64,000 bases of DNA from Microcoleus sp. (GCA_042408215.1 JAYFMW010000026.1:64001-128000), one strand, 5' to 3'. Shown: positions 42,520 to 53,414, counted from the first letter of the stretch. The notes: generated by a model not told the origin, from the letters alone. A program made the numbers and translations.

Positions 42520-43965
42520 TCAACTCAGCATAAAAGAGTCAAGCTCATCTACATTGTGAATAATCTTGGAATCAGGAACGCCATAAGCTTCAGCTAATTC
42601 GATACTAGCTTGCAATCTCAATTCAAGGTTTAAGTTAGAGTCAAAAGCTGCTTCCGCTAAGTTACCTAATCGTTCATAGGTAGCAACAAGATTAGCAACG
42701 GCTGCCTTATAAGCGCGGTCAATTTTAGCGAGGGACTGTTGATAATATTGTTCCACTTGTCGAGCAAGATGAGTATCTTGTCCCAATAACTGCTTGCAAA
42801 AACCAGTCACCATTCGACCTGCGATCGCACCAATGACTGCGCCAACAACAGGAATCGGAATCAAAGCTTGTCCGATAGTAGCTCCAGCAGCAACAATGGC
42901 TGAATCAGCACAAGCAAATAAACTTAATTCAACGAATTGCTCGCGAGTAATTTCCCTTCGATTCAAACTGCCGACCAAGCTAGCAATTTCCATACCAGCA
43001 CTAACAAAAGCACCAGCTAAAGGTGCAGACATTTGGGCAAAATTAGTTAAGCCATAAATAGCCGTTGCCGATATACCACTAAGCGCAGATCCTTTTGCGG
43101 TATCAAGTCCAATTTCTTGCCAATCTTCGAGGGTTAACTCACCCTTAAAAACGTTTTTACCTTGCTTATACTTGGCGTAAAGCTTAGTAGCAAATCGAAT
43201 ACTACCCCCAATAACCGCGCCTTTAACAGCAACGTGACCAAAATCAGCCAGAGTAGGTTGAGCGTCGTTGCGTATCCCATCCTTAATTTGTTTGTTTTCT
43301 TGCTTTAATTCATGCTCTTTGCGGTCTAGCGTATCGTCAACTTTGCCTATTTGCACATCTTCATAGTTAGACGATCCAGCTTGAACAGTCTGACTGAAAG
43401 GACGACCAGACATCTGCTCTATTTCTTGAGCTTTTTCTTGTATTTTTTGAGCAGTACGACTTGTTATTCCCTCGACTTGTTGCCCTTTCAATATTTTATC
43501 AATAACTTCATATTGGTTTTTAGGGATATGGTAATATGACCCATCTCTGCCAAAGTTTTCGTATTTCTTCATGTGGTCGAGAACGTGGTCTAAATTATTT
43601 CCAAGTCCATTAACAAATTTAGACTGTACTTTAATACCATCAATTAAATAATCTTCCGGTGCTGTTCTACCCACTCCCTCAAAAGTAGCGCGAGTTTCAG
43701 AGGAGTTCAAAAGAGATTTTGCATTGCGAATACCAACTTCCACTTGTTCCGCAATTTCACCATGTTTTGTGCTTGTGTTTCCCAGAATTTTTTCGGGACT
43801 ACCTACAAAATCACGAACTCGATCAATCTCTCCGACCGCTGCAAAAAACGCTCGGTCTTGTTTACTGAGTTCCGTTGCAAGCTGTTCTGCATGGCGCAGA
43901 TTTTCCTGGGCTACTATTGCAGCAACGAATTGAGTTGTCAGATGTCTATCTTCTCTTTTTTCCAT
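42520..43965 (-). CDS. Hypothetical protein: possible nuclease-like N-terminus, Gly-rich hydrophobic C-terminal helices
   Basis: HGEIAE..PEDY...VQSKF; PIPVVGAVIGAIAG. Confidence 0.7.
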   Translation of the reverse strand: MEKREDRHLTTQFVAAIVAQENLRHAEQLATELSKQDRAFFAAVGEIDRVRDFVGSPEKILGNTSTKHGEIAEQVEVGIRNAKSLLNSSETRATFEGVGRTAPEDYLIDGIKVQSKFVNGLGNNLDHVLDHMKKYENFGRDGSYYHIPKNQYEVIDKILKGQQVEGITSRTAQKIQEKAQEIEQMSGRPFSQTVQAGSSNYEDVQIGKVDDTLDRKEHELKQENKQIKDGIRNDAQPTLADFGHVAVKGAVIGGSIRFATKLYAKYKQGKNVFKGELTLEDWQEIGLDTAKGSALSGISATAIYGLTNFAQMSAPLAGAFVSAGMEIASLVGSLNRREITREQFVELSLFACADSAIVAAGATIGQALIPIPVVGAVIGAIAGRMVTGFCKQLLGQDTHLARQVEQYYQQSLAKIDRAYKAAVANLVATYERLGNLAEAAFDSNLNLELRLQASIELAEAYGVPDSKIIHNVDELDSFMLS

Positions 43966-44028
43966 GTTTAAAAAATTGCAGCATTACTCCCTAATTGCTA
44001 GAGCATAATGCTGCACTCCAAATTCTAA

Positions 44029-44880
44029 TTACATTTTCAGGTCTACGGTCTTTTTAATAGACTCGCTCAGGGAAGTAATGGAATTGATTAAAGTCCCCAG
44101 CCTTTGTTTGAGAGCTTGGCTAAAATTCAGGTAATTCAAAGGTGCATTCTGCTTGAAGTATTGCAGTTCACTTTGAATAAGGTTAGCTAGTTTGACAGTT
44201 TCCCCCTCAAGAAGATTGACTTCTTTCTTTGTTATGTTGACTTTAGCTGTGTCACCTTCAATTTCAAGAGCGCGGTTGTTGGCTTCGTCACCAATTTTTT
44301 CATTCTCGCTACTTTTCCACAAAGCACTACCAGCCAAAGCTACACCACCAATCCCCCAGCCAATCGGTCCCGCGAGTGCCAGCAGTGCATTTCCAGCCAC
44401 CATACCGCCACCACCCACAGTAAGAGCGCCACCTCCTAACCAAGCTAAAGCAGCATTAACGGCGGCTGCACCGGAAAGAGAAGCAATCGCAGTACCCGTT
44501 GAGGCTGTTCCGAAAGTTGTGGCAATTGCCATTGCTGCTGCTGGCCCAAAACAGGCAACTCCTGCTCCAGCCATGACTCCTGCACCACCTGCTGCTGCTA
44601 CATTGCTGTTATGAGCCGAATAAATTAGATCCCAATCTTTGCCAGTAATTTCCTTGAGCTGAAACTTCAGTTTTGTAACGACTTTGCTAAACTCTTTTGG
44701 CGAATTGGCCAACGTGTTAATGTAATTTTCGCATAGTTGGATAATCTCAACCCCACGATTGACTCGCGTTTGATAAAGACTTCCAGCGGCATTTTGTAAA
44801 TACTCACAATCTCTTTGGTACTTTTCTACTGCACGGCGCAGTCTATATTGTGCCTCTTTTTTGTATTCGTGGTTAAACAT
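44029..44880 (-). CDS. Hypothetical coiled-coil protein with long Gly/Ala hydrophobic hairpin
   Basis: TFGTASTGTAIASLSGAAAVNAALAWLGGG...GPIGWGIGG. Confidence 0.7.
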   Translation of the reverse strand: MFNHEYKKEAQYRLRRAVEKYQRDCEYLQNAAGSLYQTRVNRGVEIIQLCENYINTLANSPKEFSKVVTKLKFQLKEITGKDWDLIYSAHNSNVAAAGGAGVMAGAGVACFGPAAAMAIATTFGTASTGTAIASLSGAAAVNAALAWLGGGALTVGGGGMVAGNALLALAGPIGWGIGGVALAGSALWKSSENEKIGDEANNRALEIEGDTAKVNITKKEVNLLEGETVKLANLIQSELQYFKQNAPLNYLNFSQALKQRLGTLINSITSLSESIKKTVDLKM

Positions 44881-45102
44881 TTACGGGTAAATACCTAATT
44901 ATGAGGAGTTTGTGTTGATAACTCTGTCGAGCAGAAAACCCCACCCCGCAAGAAGTGAGCCTTTCCGGGATTCCAGGTGTAAAATTAATCACGATCCTGC
45001 TTTCCCTGATACTAATCTAACTACCTTTAAAAAAGAAACTAATAAGCACTAGGAATTGTGTTAGACTTTGATTAGGAAAAATCCAAAAACCTATCTCCTC
45101 CA

Positions 45103-45594
45103 ATGGCATCCTCTAACGATCGCTTCCCCGAAGCCGCCCGCGACTGGGACTTAGAAACCCTTTACACAGACCTCGCATCCGCCAAAGGCAAGCGTCTCAC
45201 GCCCACAGAGAAACAACATCTACGGGGTCTACTCTGCGGCCACAGTCCCACCGAAATTGCCGAAACGCTCAGTAAAAACCCCAAGGGGATTGCCGTAGAC
45301 TTTTGTAACACCTTATACCACTATGTAAAAAGTCTTGTAGGCAAAGCTGATGAAAAGGTAGAAAACTGGAGGAAAATTTGTGAATGGCTGGAGGACGCAG
45401 GATATAAAACTCTGTCGTCTCCCGAACCTGAATCAGGCGATTGTTTACCCATAAAATTTTTAATAAAAAAAGCAAATATAATTCTAGATAAAAATCAAAT
45501 CATAGTTGATATAAACCTGCGAATAGTAGCATCCTCAACTTCAGAAATTCCCATCATAGAAAACTTCGATATCAATGGTAATGGTTCAAACTAA
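45103..45594 (+). CDS. HTH-domain hypothetical protein
   Basis: LTPTEKQHLRGLLCGHSPTEIAETL helix-turn-helix-like segment. Confidence 0.65.
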   Translation: MASSNDRFPEAARDWDLETLYTDLASAKGKRLTPTEKQHLRGLLCGHSPTEIAETLSKNPKGIAVDFCNTLYHYVKSLVGKADEKVENWRKICEWLEDAGYKTLSSPEPESGDCLPIKFLIKKANIILDKNQIIVDINLRIVASSTSEIPIIENFDINGNGSN

Positions 45595-45918
45595 CGAAAG
45601 TGCGATCGCACGCATCATACCAAATCATGCTTAAATACCCCCTTTATTCTTCAGTCCGCGAAGGCGGACTTTGTTTGTGTAGACGCGGTTTCAACCGCCG
45701 AGTAAACTTTTTAACATAAATTCCGACTTTAGATAGGGGCGAATTCTCAAAGCACGAAGTTATACTCCTAATATCTCTACTCCTAGACGCAGCCGCAGTC
45801 AGAAACCGGGTTTTTTACGAAAATCTTTAGTTGTAGCCTGTAAATTAAGTAAAAACCCGGTTTCTTTGGTCTTAATGCGTAAGTCCCGATCTATTAAAAA
45901 CGCCCGCCCCTACAAAAA

Positions 45919-47005
45919 ATGTACATCCAAACATTGCGAAAACCAGACGGCCGCCCACTGACACTCTACAGCCGCTACCCAATCCCAGAAGGTATCGCGG
46001 CCGTAAGTCCTAGCCATGAACCCGTACAAGCAAACCCGCACTTTAGGTGGCATCCTTTGCGCGGAGAATGGGTAGCATACGCCAGCCACCGTCAGGGAAG
46101 AACTTTCATGCCGCCGCCAGAATACAACCCGCTGGCTGCTACAATTAACCCCAAATTTCCTACAGAATTGCCGCCCGGAGATTACGATGTCGCAGTGTTT
46201 GACAACCGCTTTCCCTCGATGACTTTGCAGGTAAATAATGCACCTGTAAGTATTGTGGAAACTTTGCCCGCTAAGGGCATTTGCGAAGTCGTAGTTTTTA
46301 CTCAAAATCCGCTGGCTTCCCTGGGTTCTTTGGAGTTATCTCACTTAGAATTGTTGTTAGAAGTATGGGCAGATCGCACTTCAGTTATTGGCAGTAATCC
46401 CGAAATTCAATACGTCTTACCCTTTGAAAATCGCGGCGTCGAAGTAGGAGTGACTTTGCACCATCCCCACGGTCAAATTTACGCTTATCCCTTCGTGCCA
46501 CCGGTGCCGGCGCGGATGTTAGAATGTCAGTCAGTTTACTATCAAAAAAATAGTTCCGGTTTGCTGCAAGATTTGATTCAAAAAGAGATTGCTGACAAAC
46601 AGCGAATTCTTTATTTGGACTGAAGAGGCGATCGCCTTTGTCCCCGCTTGCGCCCGCTACCCTTACGAAGTTTGGATTGCGCCCATAACTCCCGCTGCTA
46701 CATTCATCGATCTTACCGAAAAACAGCGCCAATCCCTCGCCAAAGCCTTAAAAACCGTCGCCCTCAAATATGACGGTTTGTGGCACCGCCCATTCCCTTA
46801 TTTGATGGCTTGGTTTCAAGCGCCCACAGACGGAAAACCGCACCCAGAGGCGCATTTGCACGCCCAATTTTATCCGCCCTATCGATCGCGCGATCGGCTA
46901 AAATATCTAGCAGGAACCGAACTAGCAGCCGGAATGTTTGCCAACGACGCATTACCCGAAGAAAAAGCCCAAGAATTGCAAGCAGTATCAGTCAATCTAT
47001 TTTAG
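45919..47005 (+). CDS. galT: Galactose-1-phosphate uridylyltransferase (frameshift near 46620)
   Basis: RQGRT, FDNRFP, FENRG, HPHGQ; C-terminus (KYLAGTE) in a second frame. Confidence 0.88.
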
Positions 47006-47214
47006 ATTTTAGATTTTAGATTTTAGATTGTAGATTGTAGATTTTAGATTTTAGATTTTAGAGATTTACCGTGGAGTGGGGGCGGGTTTAGGAGACGAGC
47101 ATTTTTAGGCAATTATTGTTGGTAAACCCGCCCCTACAAGATTGCGGTTAATCGACCAGACATGATATTACATCCGTTACATCCGTTACACAATCCGCTG
47201 CCGAACTTTCATAT

Positions 47215-48312
47215 ATGACAAACTCATTCAACAAAGAAGTCGATCGCAAACTCGAATTAATCCGCCAAACCTTAACAGAAACAGGAGCGATCGCCCTTCG
47301 ATTGCGAGGCACGGACTGGTTTGCTTGGGCCACAGCCGGCGGTTCCAACACAGTATTGCTCACCGCAGAAACCGGAGTTGCAGAACTCTTAATCACTGCC
47401 GAAAACGCTTGGGTTCTCACCGATCAAATCGAAGCTCAACGCTTGCAAGATGAAGAATTGCCAGACAACTTTCAAATGCACATCTATCCTTGGGCAGATC
47501 TAGCACAGCGCGAAGCTTTTGTCAAGGAAATTACTGGTGGCGGTAACGTGATGAGCGATCGGCCAAATTCCCAAGAAACACCAATAATCGCATCTTTACA
47601 ATCCCACAAACAGGTAATGATGTCAAGCGAATTAGAGCGATATCGGCGAGTGGGACGTTTAGCCAGCGAAGCGATGACAGAGGTACTTTCAGCCGCCAAA
47701 CCAACATGGACAGAATATCAGCTAGCGGGAGCAGGTGCTGAGGCATTGTGGGCGAGAGGCTTGCATCCAGCCCTTACTTTAGCAGCAGGAGAAAGGCGTT
47801 TGCCGATGTACCGCCACAGCACCCCAACGGGCGAACAAATCGGGCGGCAAGCAATGTTAGTATTTTGCGCCAGGGGATACGGTTTGTATGCGAATTTAAC
47901 CAGGTTTGTCTGTTTCGGTTCCCTTGAGGAAAAGCATTCTGAGTTGCACCGAAAAGTCAGAGAAATTGAAGCCGCAGCGCTGAATTTTTGCCAGCCCGGA
48001 GTATCGCTGAATGCTGTTTACTATGCGCTGAAAACAGCTTACGAACAGCACGGATATTCTCAAGCAATTCGGGAACACCATCAAGGCGGAACTACTGGAT
48101 ATTTGGCGCGGGAAATTGTCGCAAATCCGACTACTTCAGATATCTTAGCCCCGAATATGGCTGTGGCTTGGAATCCGAGTTTGTCGGGAGCAAAAATTGA
48201 GGATACGTTTGTAATTCACAGCGATGGAAAATTGGAAAATTTGGCATTCGATCCGAATTGGCCGAGTGTAGATGTAGAGGGAAGGTTGCGCCCAGTGCCG
48301 CTGGAAATATAG
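47215..48312 (+). CDS. M24 (Xaa-Pro) peptidase-like protein
   Basis: HHQGG, AWNPS, KIEDT. Confidence 0.8.
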   Translation: MTNSFNKEVDRKLELIRQTLTETGAIALRLRGTDWFAWATAGGSNTVLLTAETGVAELLITAENAWVLTDQIEAQRLQDEELPDNFQMHIYPWADLAQREAFVKEITGGGNVMSDRPNSQETPIIASLQSHKQVMMSSELERYRRVGRLASEAMTEVLSAAKPTWTEYQLAGAGAEALWARGLHPALTLAAGERRLPMYRHSTPTGEQIGRQAMLVFCARGYGLYANLTRFVCFGSLEEKHSELHRKVREIEAAALNFCQPGVSLNAVYYALKTAYEQHGYSQAIREHHQGGTTGYLAREIVANPTTSDILAPNMAVAWNPSLSGAKIEDTFVIHSDGKLENLAFDPNWPSVDVEGRLRPVPLEI

Positions 48313-48358
48313 CAGAAGGAAAGCACGAGGCTGATTTTGACACGGATACAGGGATTAA

Positions 48359-48811
48359 TTATACTCTCAATACAGGTCTTTCGGGATTTTCAGGATTGGG
48401 AACTAGACGCTGATTCTTACAATCTACCAGCAAATCTAATGTTTCTAACACAGTTTGACCGATGAGCACCATATCGCCTAAAACCATTGCCGCCTCAATC
48501 GTCTCCCGCCCTTCTATTTCAATCAGAATAGGCCCTGTCAATCCCACTATTTCTTGTCGGCCATCAGCATATTTGGCTATTTCCTGACTCCGAATTCTTA
48601 AGCCCAAATGTTCGCAGACTTCTAAAGGAATTGCTGTGCGTACTGCACCAGTATCTATCAGTGCTTCTGCTTCGTACACGCGCAACAAATTTGGATTGAG
48701 CAATCCTCTCTTGACTAACTCTTCATCAATTGCATTCGTTAGCTTGACTTTGACTCGAACTGCAACCTTATTTTTGCTGACTTGAATTCGATCGCGATCG
48801 AGATTTATCAT
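48359..48811 (-). CDS. Clan AA aspartyl protease
   Basis: ALIDTGA, LIGQTVLE.LDL. Confidence 0.8.
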   Translation of the reverse strand: MINLDRDRIQVSKNKVAVRVKVKLTNAIDEELVKRGLLNPNLLRVYEAEALIDTGAVRTAIPLEVCEHLGLRIRSQEIAKYADGRQEIVGLTGPILIEIEGRETIEAAMVLGDMVLIGQTVLETLDLLVDCKNQRLVPNPENPERPVLRV

Positions 48812-49028
48812 ATCGCCTCTTTTCGTCTAGAAAGTCTACCTTTGATTCTAGCTTTAAATTGGTGCAGCCACAGGTTTTAACCTGTAGGCTGCAACCGCAC
48901 CCAGAATATTAGAACTAAGGCAAAAAAAACCCGGTTTCTCTAAAAGATTGTCCATCGAACCGAGAGATATTGACGCAGAAACCGGGTTTTTGACCCTGGG
49001 TGCTGACCGGACTGAATATATCTAAAGA

Positions 49029-50066
49029 TTACTCATCTTCAGCATAGATAAACCGATACAATTCACTAGGATCTGGCTCGGCGCTTTTCTCAGCAAAATC
49101 CACCGCATCATCAATTACTGCTTCAATCTTTTTGTCGATCGCCTTTAATTCTTCAGCAGTCGCCAAATTGCGATCGATCAAATCAGCAGCCAACTTCTTA
49201 ATCGGATCGCGAGGGAACCAAAATTCCTTCTCTTCCTTAGAACGCAACTCATCAGGATCGGCCAAAGAATGCCCCCTAAAACGATAAGTCAACGCCTCAA
49301 TCACCGTCGGTCCCTCACCAGCCCGCGCCCGCGCCACAGCTTCTTTAGCTACTTCTCGCACCGCCAAAACATCCATCCCATCAACCTCAACCCCAGCCAT
49401 ACCAAAAGCATGAGCCTTCTTGTAAATCAATGGGTCAGAAGTAGCACGTTCATGGGACATCCCGATCGCCCATTTGTTGTTTTCCACCACATAAAGAATC
49501 GGCAACTTCCACAAAGCCGCCATATTCAAACACTCAAAAAACTGACCGTTATTCGCAGCACCATCGCCAAAAAAACAAGCAGTCACACCATCGGAGCCCT
49601 CATCTCCCAAAGCTTCACGGCGATACTTAGATTGAAAAGCCGCCCCCGTAGCCACAGGAATCCCCTCAGCCACAAAAGCATAACCTCCCAACAGTCGATG
49701 TTCCGCCGAAAACATATGCATCGAACCGCCACGGCCCTTCGAGCAACCTGTCTCTTTCCCGAACAACTCCGCCATCACTTCCCGCGCCGGCACTCCGGCG
49801 CTCAAAGCGTGTACGTGGTCGCGATAGGTGCTGCTAACATAGTCCGTGTCATCCCGGCGCATCGATCGAATCACCCCAGTAGAAACAGCCTCCTGGCCGT
49901 TGTACAAGTGAACAAAACCGAACATTTTGCCCCGGTAATACATCTCGGCGCACTTGTCCTCAAAAAAGCGCCCCAAAACCATATCTTCGTAAAGCATCAA
50001 ACCTTCATCACGAGAAATACTGACGCTTGTTGCGTCAAAAACTGGCAAAGTCCGTTCCTGAACCAT
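49029..50066 (-). CDS. pdhA: Pyruvate dehydrogenase E1 alpha subunit
   Basis: [30 protein letters not shown]. Confidence 0.96.
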   Translation of the reverse strand: MVQERTLPVFDATSVSISRDEGLMLYEDMVLGRFFEDKCAEMYYRGKMFGFVHLYNGQEAVSTGVIRSMRRDDTDYVSSTYRDHVHALSAGVPAREVMAELFGKETGCSKGRGGSMHMFSAEHRLLGGYAFVAEGIPVATGAAFQSKYRREALGDEGSDGVTACFFGDGAANNGQFFECLNMAALWKLPILYVVENNKWAIGMSHERATSDPLIYKKAHAFGMAGVEVDGMDVLAVREVAKEAVARARAGEGPTVIEALTYRFRGHSLADPDELRSKEEKEFWFPRDPIKKLAADLIDRNLATAEELKAIDKKIEAVIDDAVDFAEKSAEPDPSELYRFIYAEDE

Positions 50067-50102
50067 AAATCTTTAATACCCGATCGGCTTCCTAGACATC
50101 AT

Positions 50103-50568
50103 AAAAAAGTTCGGTAAGTGGGAAACTCAGAGTCTTTAGACCTGAGAGGGAAACGACGCGGGTGGTTTTAACCACCGTGAATCTTTTTTTTCATCACCGC
50201 CTTGGGATTGCTTAGCTTGGGGTACTTTTGTAATGCACTTTCAACGGGACACTTCGGCTACGCTCAGTGCATCGCAATTACCGTTTCAAGCTTCACAACC
50301 CGCGATCGCATGATGTTTGCCCTTGTGAGGCCTCCCTTTCGGGGTAAAGTTCGCTTCGTCAATGCGATCTGGGCTTGTTAGGTTGGCAACACTGTAAAGC
50401 GTGACTTTAGAACTGTTTAATTGACAACGACAGAGCAAGGAACTAGCGTCGCATCAAGCGGGTGTCGTGACCCAAATAACGGAGTTTTTTCAAACTGAGA
50501 CTGGTCAATATAGCTTGGTTTGAGCATGGCTCTTACAAGCTCAGTGGCTTTAGCCCTGAGTTATTGAC
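50103..50568 (-). mobile_element. Non-autonomous IscB-type IS200/IS605 element (omega/HEARO RNA retained, ORF deleted)
   Basis: GTCAATAACTCAGGGCTAAAGCCACTGAG left hairpin; CTCAGGTCTAAAGACTCTGAGTTTCC right hairpin; ORF collapses at a HIP1 site right after ATG. Confidence 0.75.
50312..50568 (-). ncRNA. HEARO / omega RNA scaffold
   Basis: Ordered motifs TTGACCAG.CTCAG, CGTT, ACACC..GATGC, CTAGT..CTCTG, TAAACAG, CAGTG, CATTG.CGAAG..AACTTTACCCCGAAAGG (recognised from memory, not scored). Confidence 0.72.
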
Positions 50569-50588
50569 TATTTAAACGCAGATGAGAC

Positions 50589-50887
50589 TTGACACTCCCC
50601 GGTCTAAAGACACGGGGATGCTTAAGGACAAACTTTGGGGGATGAATCCACCCAAATCTTGATGCTTAAAGGGTTTGTCAATAACCCACTACCCACTCGC
50701 CCATTGCTGAGTCTATGGCTACTTGTGGTAGGCATTTGCTGGTATAGACCTGCGTCTGTGTATCCATCCCACATTTTTATGGTAACAGAATGTGGTTTGT
50801 GTCTTGCATAAAGAGGGCTGGCTGGATAAATCCTGCAACGCCCTTTCATCCCTGGACTAAAGTCACAGGGTTTTCAGGGTATTCTTT
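50589..50887 (-). mobile_element. Non-autonomous TnpB-type IS200/IS605 derivative
   Basis: Left hairpin CCCTGTGACTTTAGTCCAGGG preceded by TTAT; right end CCCCGTGTCTTTAGACCGGGGAGTGTCAA; no transposase or TnpB ORF. Confidence 0.7.
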
Positions 50888-51089
50888 ATAAGCGCAGCAG
50901 AAAATGGTCGAACATTTTCAAAGCAGGTCACAAATCTTTGTTAAAATCAGCTTGAATAGGCGATTTCACCAAGACTCGGACAACCAAATCTCGTGTCAAG
51001 TCGGTTAAGTTGTCCATAATGCTTTTGTTAAAAACCAACCTTAGTTAAGATAGGCTAATTCAGTTGCTAGCGCTTTGGGGAAGTGGACA

Positions 51090-53414
51090 GTGTTAATTCC
51101 ACTAGATTATTACCGGATTTTGGGTCTACCGATTCAAGCTACTGCCGAACAGTTGCATCAGGCTCATCGCGATCGCACTTTACAGCTTCCACGCAGGGAG
51201 TATTCCGAAGTTGCGATCGTCGCCCGCAAACAACTGCTCGATGAAGCCTGCGCCGTTCTGTCAGACTCAGACGGGCGCAAAGCTTACGATGCCAGTTTTT
51301 TAGCCAAAACTTACGATCGCGAGTCAGAAGCCGGAAGTTCAGCCCGACCCCTGTCTAGGTCAAAAATCCTTGACTCAGGTACCGGCACAGTTTTGCAAGA
51401 CTCAGAAGAAACCTCGGAGCCAGAATCCAGGGCTTTAGACGCCACTCCCGACCCCCACACTCCAAGTATAGAAATCGATGACAACCAATTCGTAGGAGCC
51501 CTGCTCATACTGCAAGAACTGGGGGAATACGAAATCGTACAGAAGCTGGGTCGCCCGTATCTCAACAATGGCAGCATCGCGATCGCCGAAGGTCGTTTCG
51601 GCGACAAAGAACTCGTGCGGCCCGACATAGTTTTAACCGTAGCCCTAGCCTACCTAGAACTCGGTCGCGAACAATGGCAGCAAGGTCAATACGACTCAGC
51701 CACCAAATCATTAGAAGCAGGTCAAGAACTACTGCTGCGCGAAAGCCTATTTCCAAGTGTGAGGGGTGAAATGCAAGCCGACATATACAAACTCCGTCCG
51801 TACAACATTTTAGAGTTACTGTCCCTCCCCGAAGAAAAAGTCGCCCAGCGTCGCCGTGGACTGCAAATCCTGCGAGAAATGCTCCAAGAACGGGGCGGCA
51901 TAGACGGCTCAGGGGACGATCGATCGGGCTTGGGAATAGAAGACTTCCTGCGCTTCGTCCAGCAACTACGCAAGCACCTAACCAGCAGCGAGCAGCAGAC
52001 CCTATTTGAAGCCGAAGCCGGCCGCCCCTCCGCAGTCGCCACCTACCTCTCGGTCTACACCCTATTAGCCCAAGGATTTGCAGCCAGACAGCCCTCCATG
52101 ATCCGCCGCGCCAAGCTGATGTTAATGCAGTTGGGCCGCCGCCAAGACGTTCACCTCGAAAAAGCCGTGTGTTCCCTGCTGCTCGGCCAGACAGAAGAAG
52201 CCAGCAGAGCCCTCGAACTCAGTTCCGAAAAAGAACCCCTCGCCTTCATTCGCGAAAATTCCCAAGATTCTCCCGATTTGTTGCCCGGGCTGTGCTTGTA
52301 CACCGAACACTGGCTACAAGAAGAAGTGTTTCCCCACTTCCGCGACTTGGTAAACCAATCCGTCTCCTTAAAAGATTACTTTGCCGACCCCAAAGTACAA
52401 GCCTACCTAGAAGCATTACCCTCAGACGCAGAAACCGCCAACGAATGGGTAGTCGTGCAGCCCCGTGACCGCAAGCCCCAACCACGACTGCAATCGAGCA
52501 GCACACTCCAACCCGCCGCCACAGCTTCACCACGAGCAGGTACTGTCACCTTGACCCCGGTAGCAGCAGGCGCCGGAACCCCACCTGGACGCCCCAAATA
52601 CGAGGGGAAGGCTGCCACGCACCTCCCCCCCACAGCCACCAAGAGCGCCACAGCAGCCACGACCTTGCGCCCGTCGCCAACGACCTCAAAAGAGCGCAGA
52701 CGCCCAAATTCATCCCGCCGCTGGGCGACAGGCGCTCTTTCAACGGGTGCCCTGGTCGATCGGGCCCGCACAGCCAGAACACAAATTTCAGCCAAACTCA
52801 AGTCCATGCCTCGCAATAGGCTGGCTCTGTTCGTAGTCGCAGGTGTTCTGGGCTTCTTAATCCTGTGGTGGATACTCAGTCTTTTGGCCAACGCCCTACA
52901 AGCCGTGTCAGGCCCATCCAGCCCATCCCCGCAAGGAGAGCCAACCCAAATCAGCCCGGAAGCCCCACCCAGAGAAATCCCCGCACCCGCAGCCACTCCC
53001 CCAGAGCCTCCCGCCCCAGCCCCAGCTTCTGGCCCAATCACAGAGGAAGTAGGCGGGCAAATAATTAAAAGCTGGCTGGCCGCCAAAGCAGCAGCCTTGG
53101 GCCCCAACCACGCTGTCGATGAATTAAAGCAAGTGCTGACAGAACCGGCTCTATCTCGCTGGCAATTGATGGCAGAAGCTCAACAGCGAAACAACGCCCA
53201 CCAGCAATACGAACACACCCTCGAAGTTAAAGAAGTTCGCCCCAATCCAACCAACCCCGATCGGGCAGAAGTAGAAGCCCAAGTAACAGAAAAAGCCGAT
53301 GTCTTCGAGGGCACGAGCCAAACTACTTCCCGCAACGAAAACCTGCGGGTGCGCTACGAATTAATCCGCCAAGATGGACAGTGGCGAATTATGGATTGGC
53401 AAGTTATGAAGTAG
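51090..53414 (+). CDS. ftn2: Cell division protein Ftn2/ZipN (ARC6 homolog)
   Basis: IPLDYYRILG J-like domain, KLRPYNILELL, DLLPGLC, C-terminal TM plus IMS domain. Confidence 0.9.
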   Translation: MLIPLDYYRILGLPIQATAEQLHQAHRDRTLQLPRREYSEVAIVARKQLLDEACAVLSDSDGRKAYDASFLAKTYDRESEAGSSARPLSRSKILDSGTGTVLQDSEETSEPESRALDATPDPHTPSIEIDDNQFVGALLILQELGEYEIVQKLGRPYLNNGSIAIAEGRFGDKELVRPDIVLTVALAYLELGREQWQQGQYDSATKSLEAGQELLLRESLFPSVRGEMQADIYKLRPYNILELLSLPEEKVAQRRRGLQILREMLQERGGIDGSGDDRSGLGIEDFLRFVQQLRKHLTSSEQQTLFEAEAGRPSAVATYLSVYTLLAQGFAARQPSMIRRAKLMLMQLGRRQDVHLEKAVCSLLLGQTEEASRALELSSEKEPLAFIRENSQDSPDLLPGLCLYTEHWLQEEVFPHFRDLVNQSVSLKDYFADPKVQAYLEALPSDAETANEWVVVQPRDRKPQPRLQSSSTLQPAATASPRAGTVTLTPVAAGAGTPPGRPKYEGKAATHLPPTATKSATAATTLRPSPTTSKERRRPNSSRRWATGALSTGALVDRARTARTQISAKLKSMPRNRLALFVVAGVLGFLILWWILSLLANALQAVSGPSSPSPQGEPTQISPEAPPREIPAPAATPPEPPAPAPASGPITEEVGGQIIKSWLAAKAAALGPNHAVDELKQVLTEPALSRWQLMAEAQQRNNAHQQYEHTLEVKEVRPNPTNPDRAEVEAQVTEKADVFEGTSQTTSRNENLRVRYELIRQDGQWRIMDWQVMK

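Noticed and set aside
49269..50117. 282-aa plus-strand ORF
   Set aside because: Antisense shadow of pdhA; the same applies to shadow ORFs over ftn2 and GH2
50622..50849. 75-aa ORF inside the IS605 derivative
   Set aside because: No TnpA or TnpB motifs recognised
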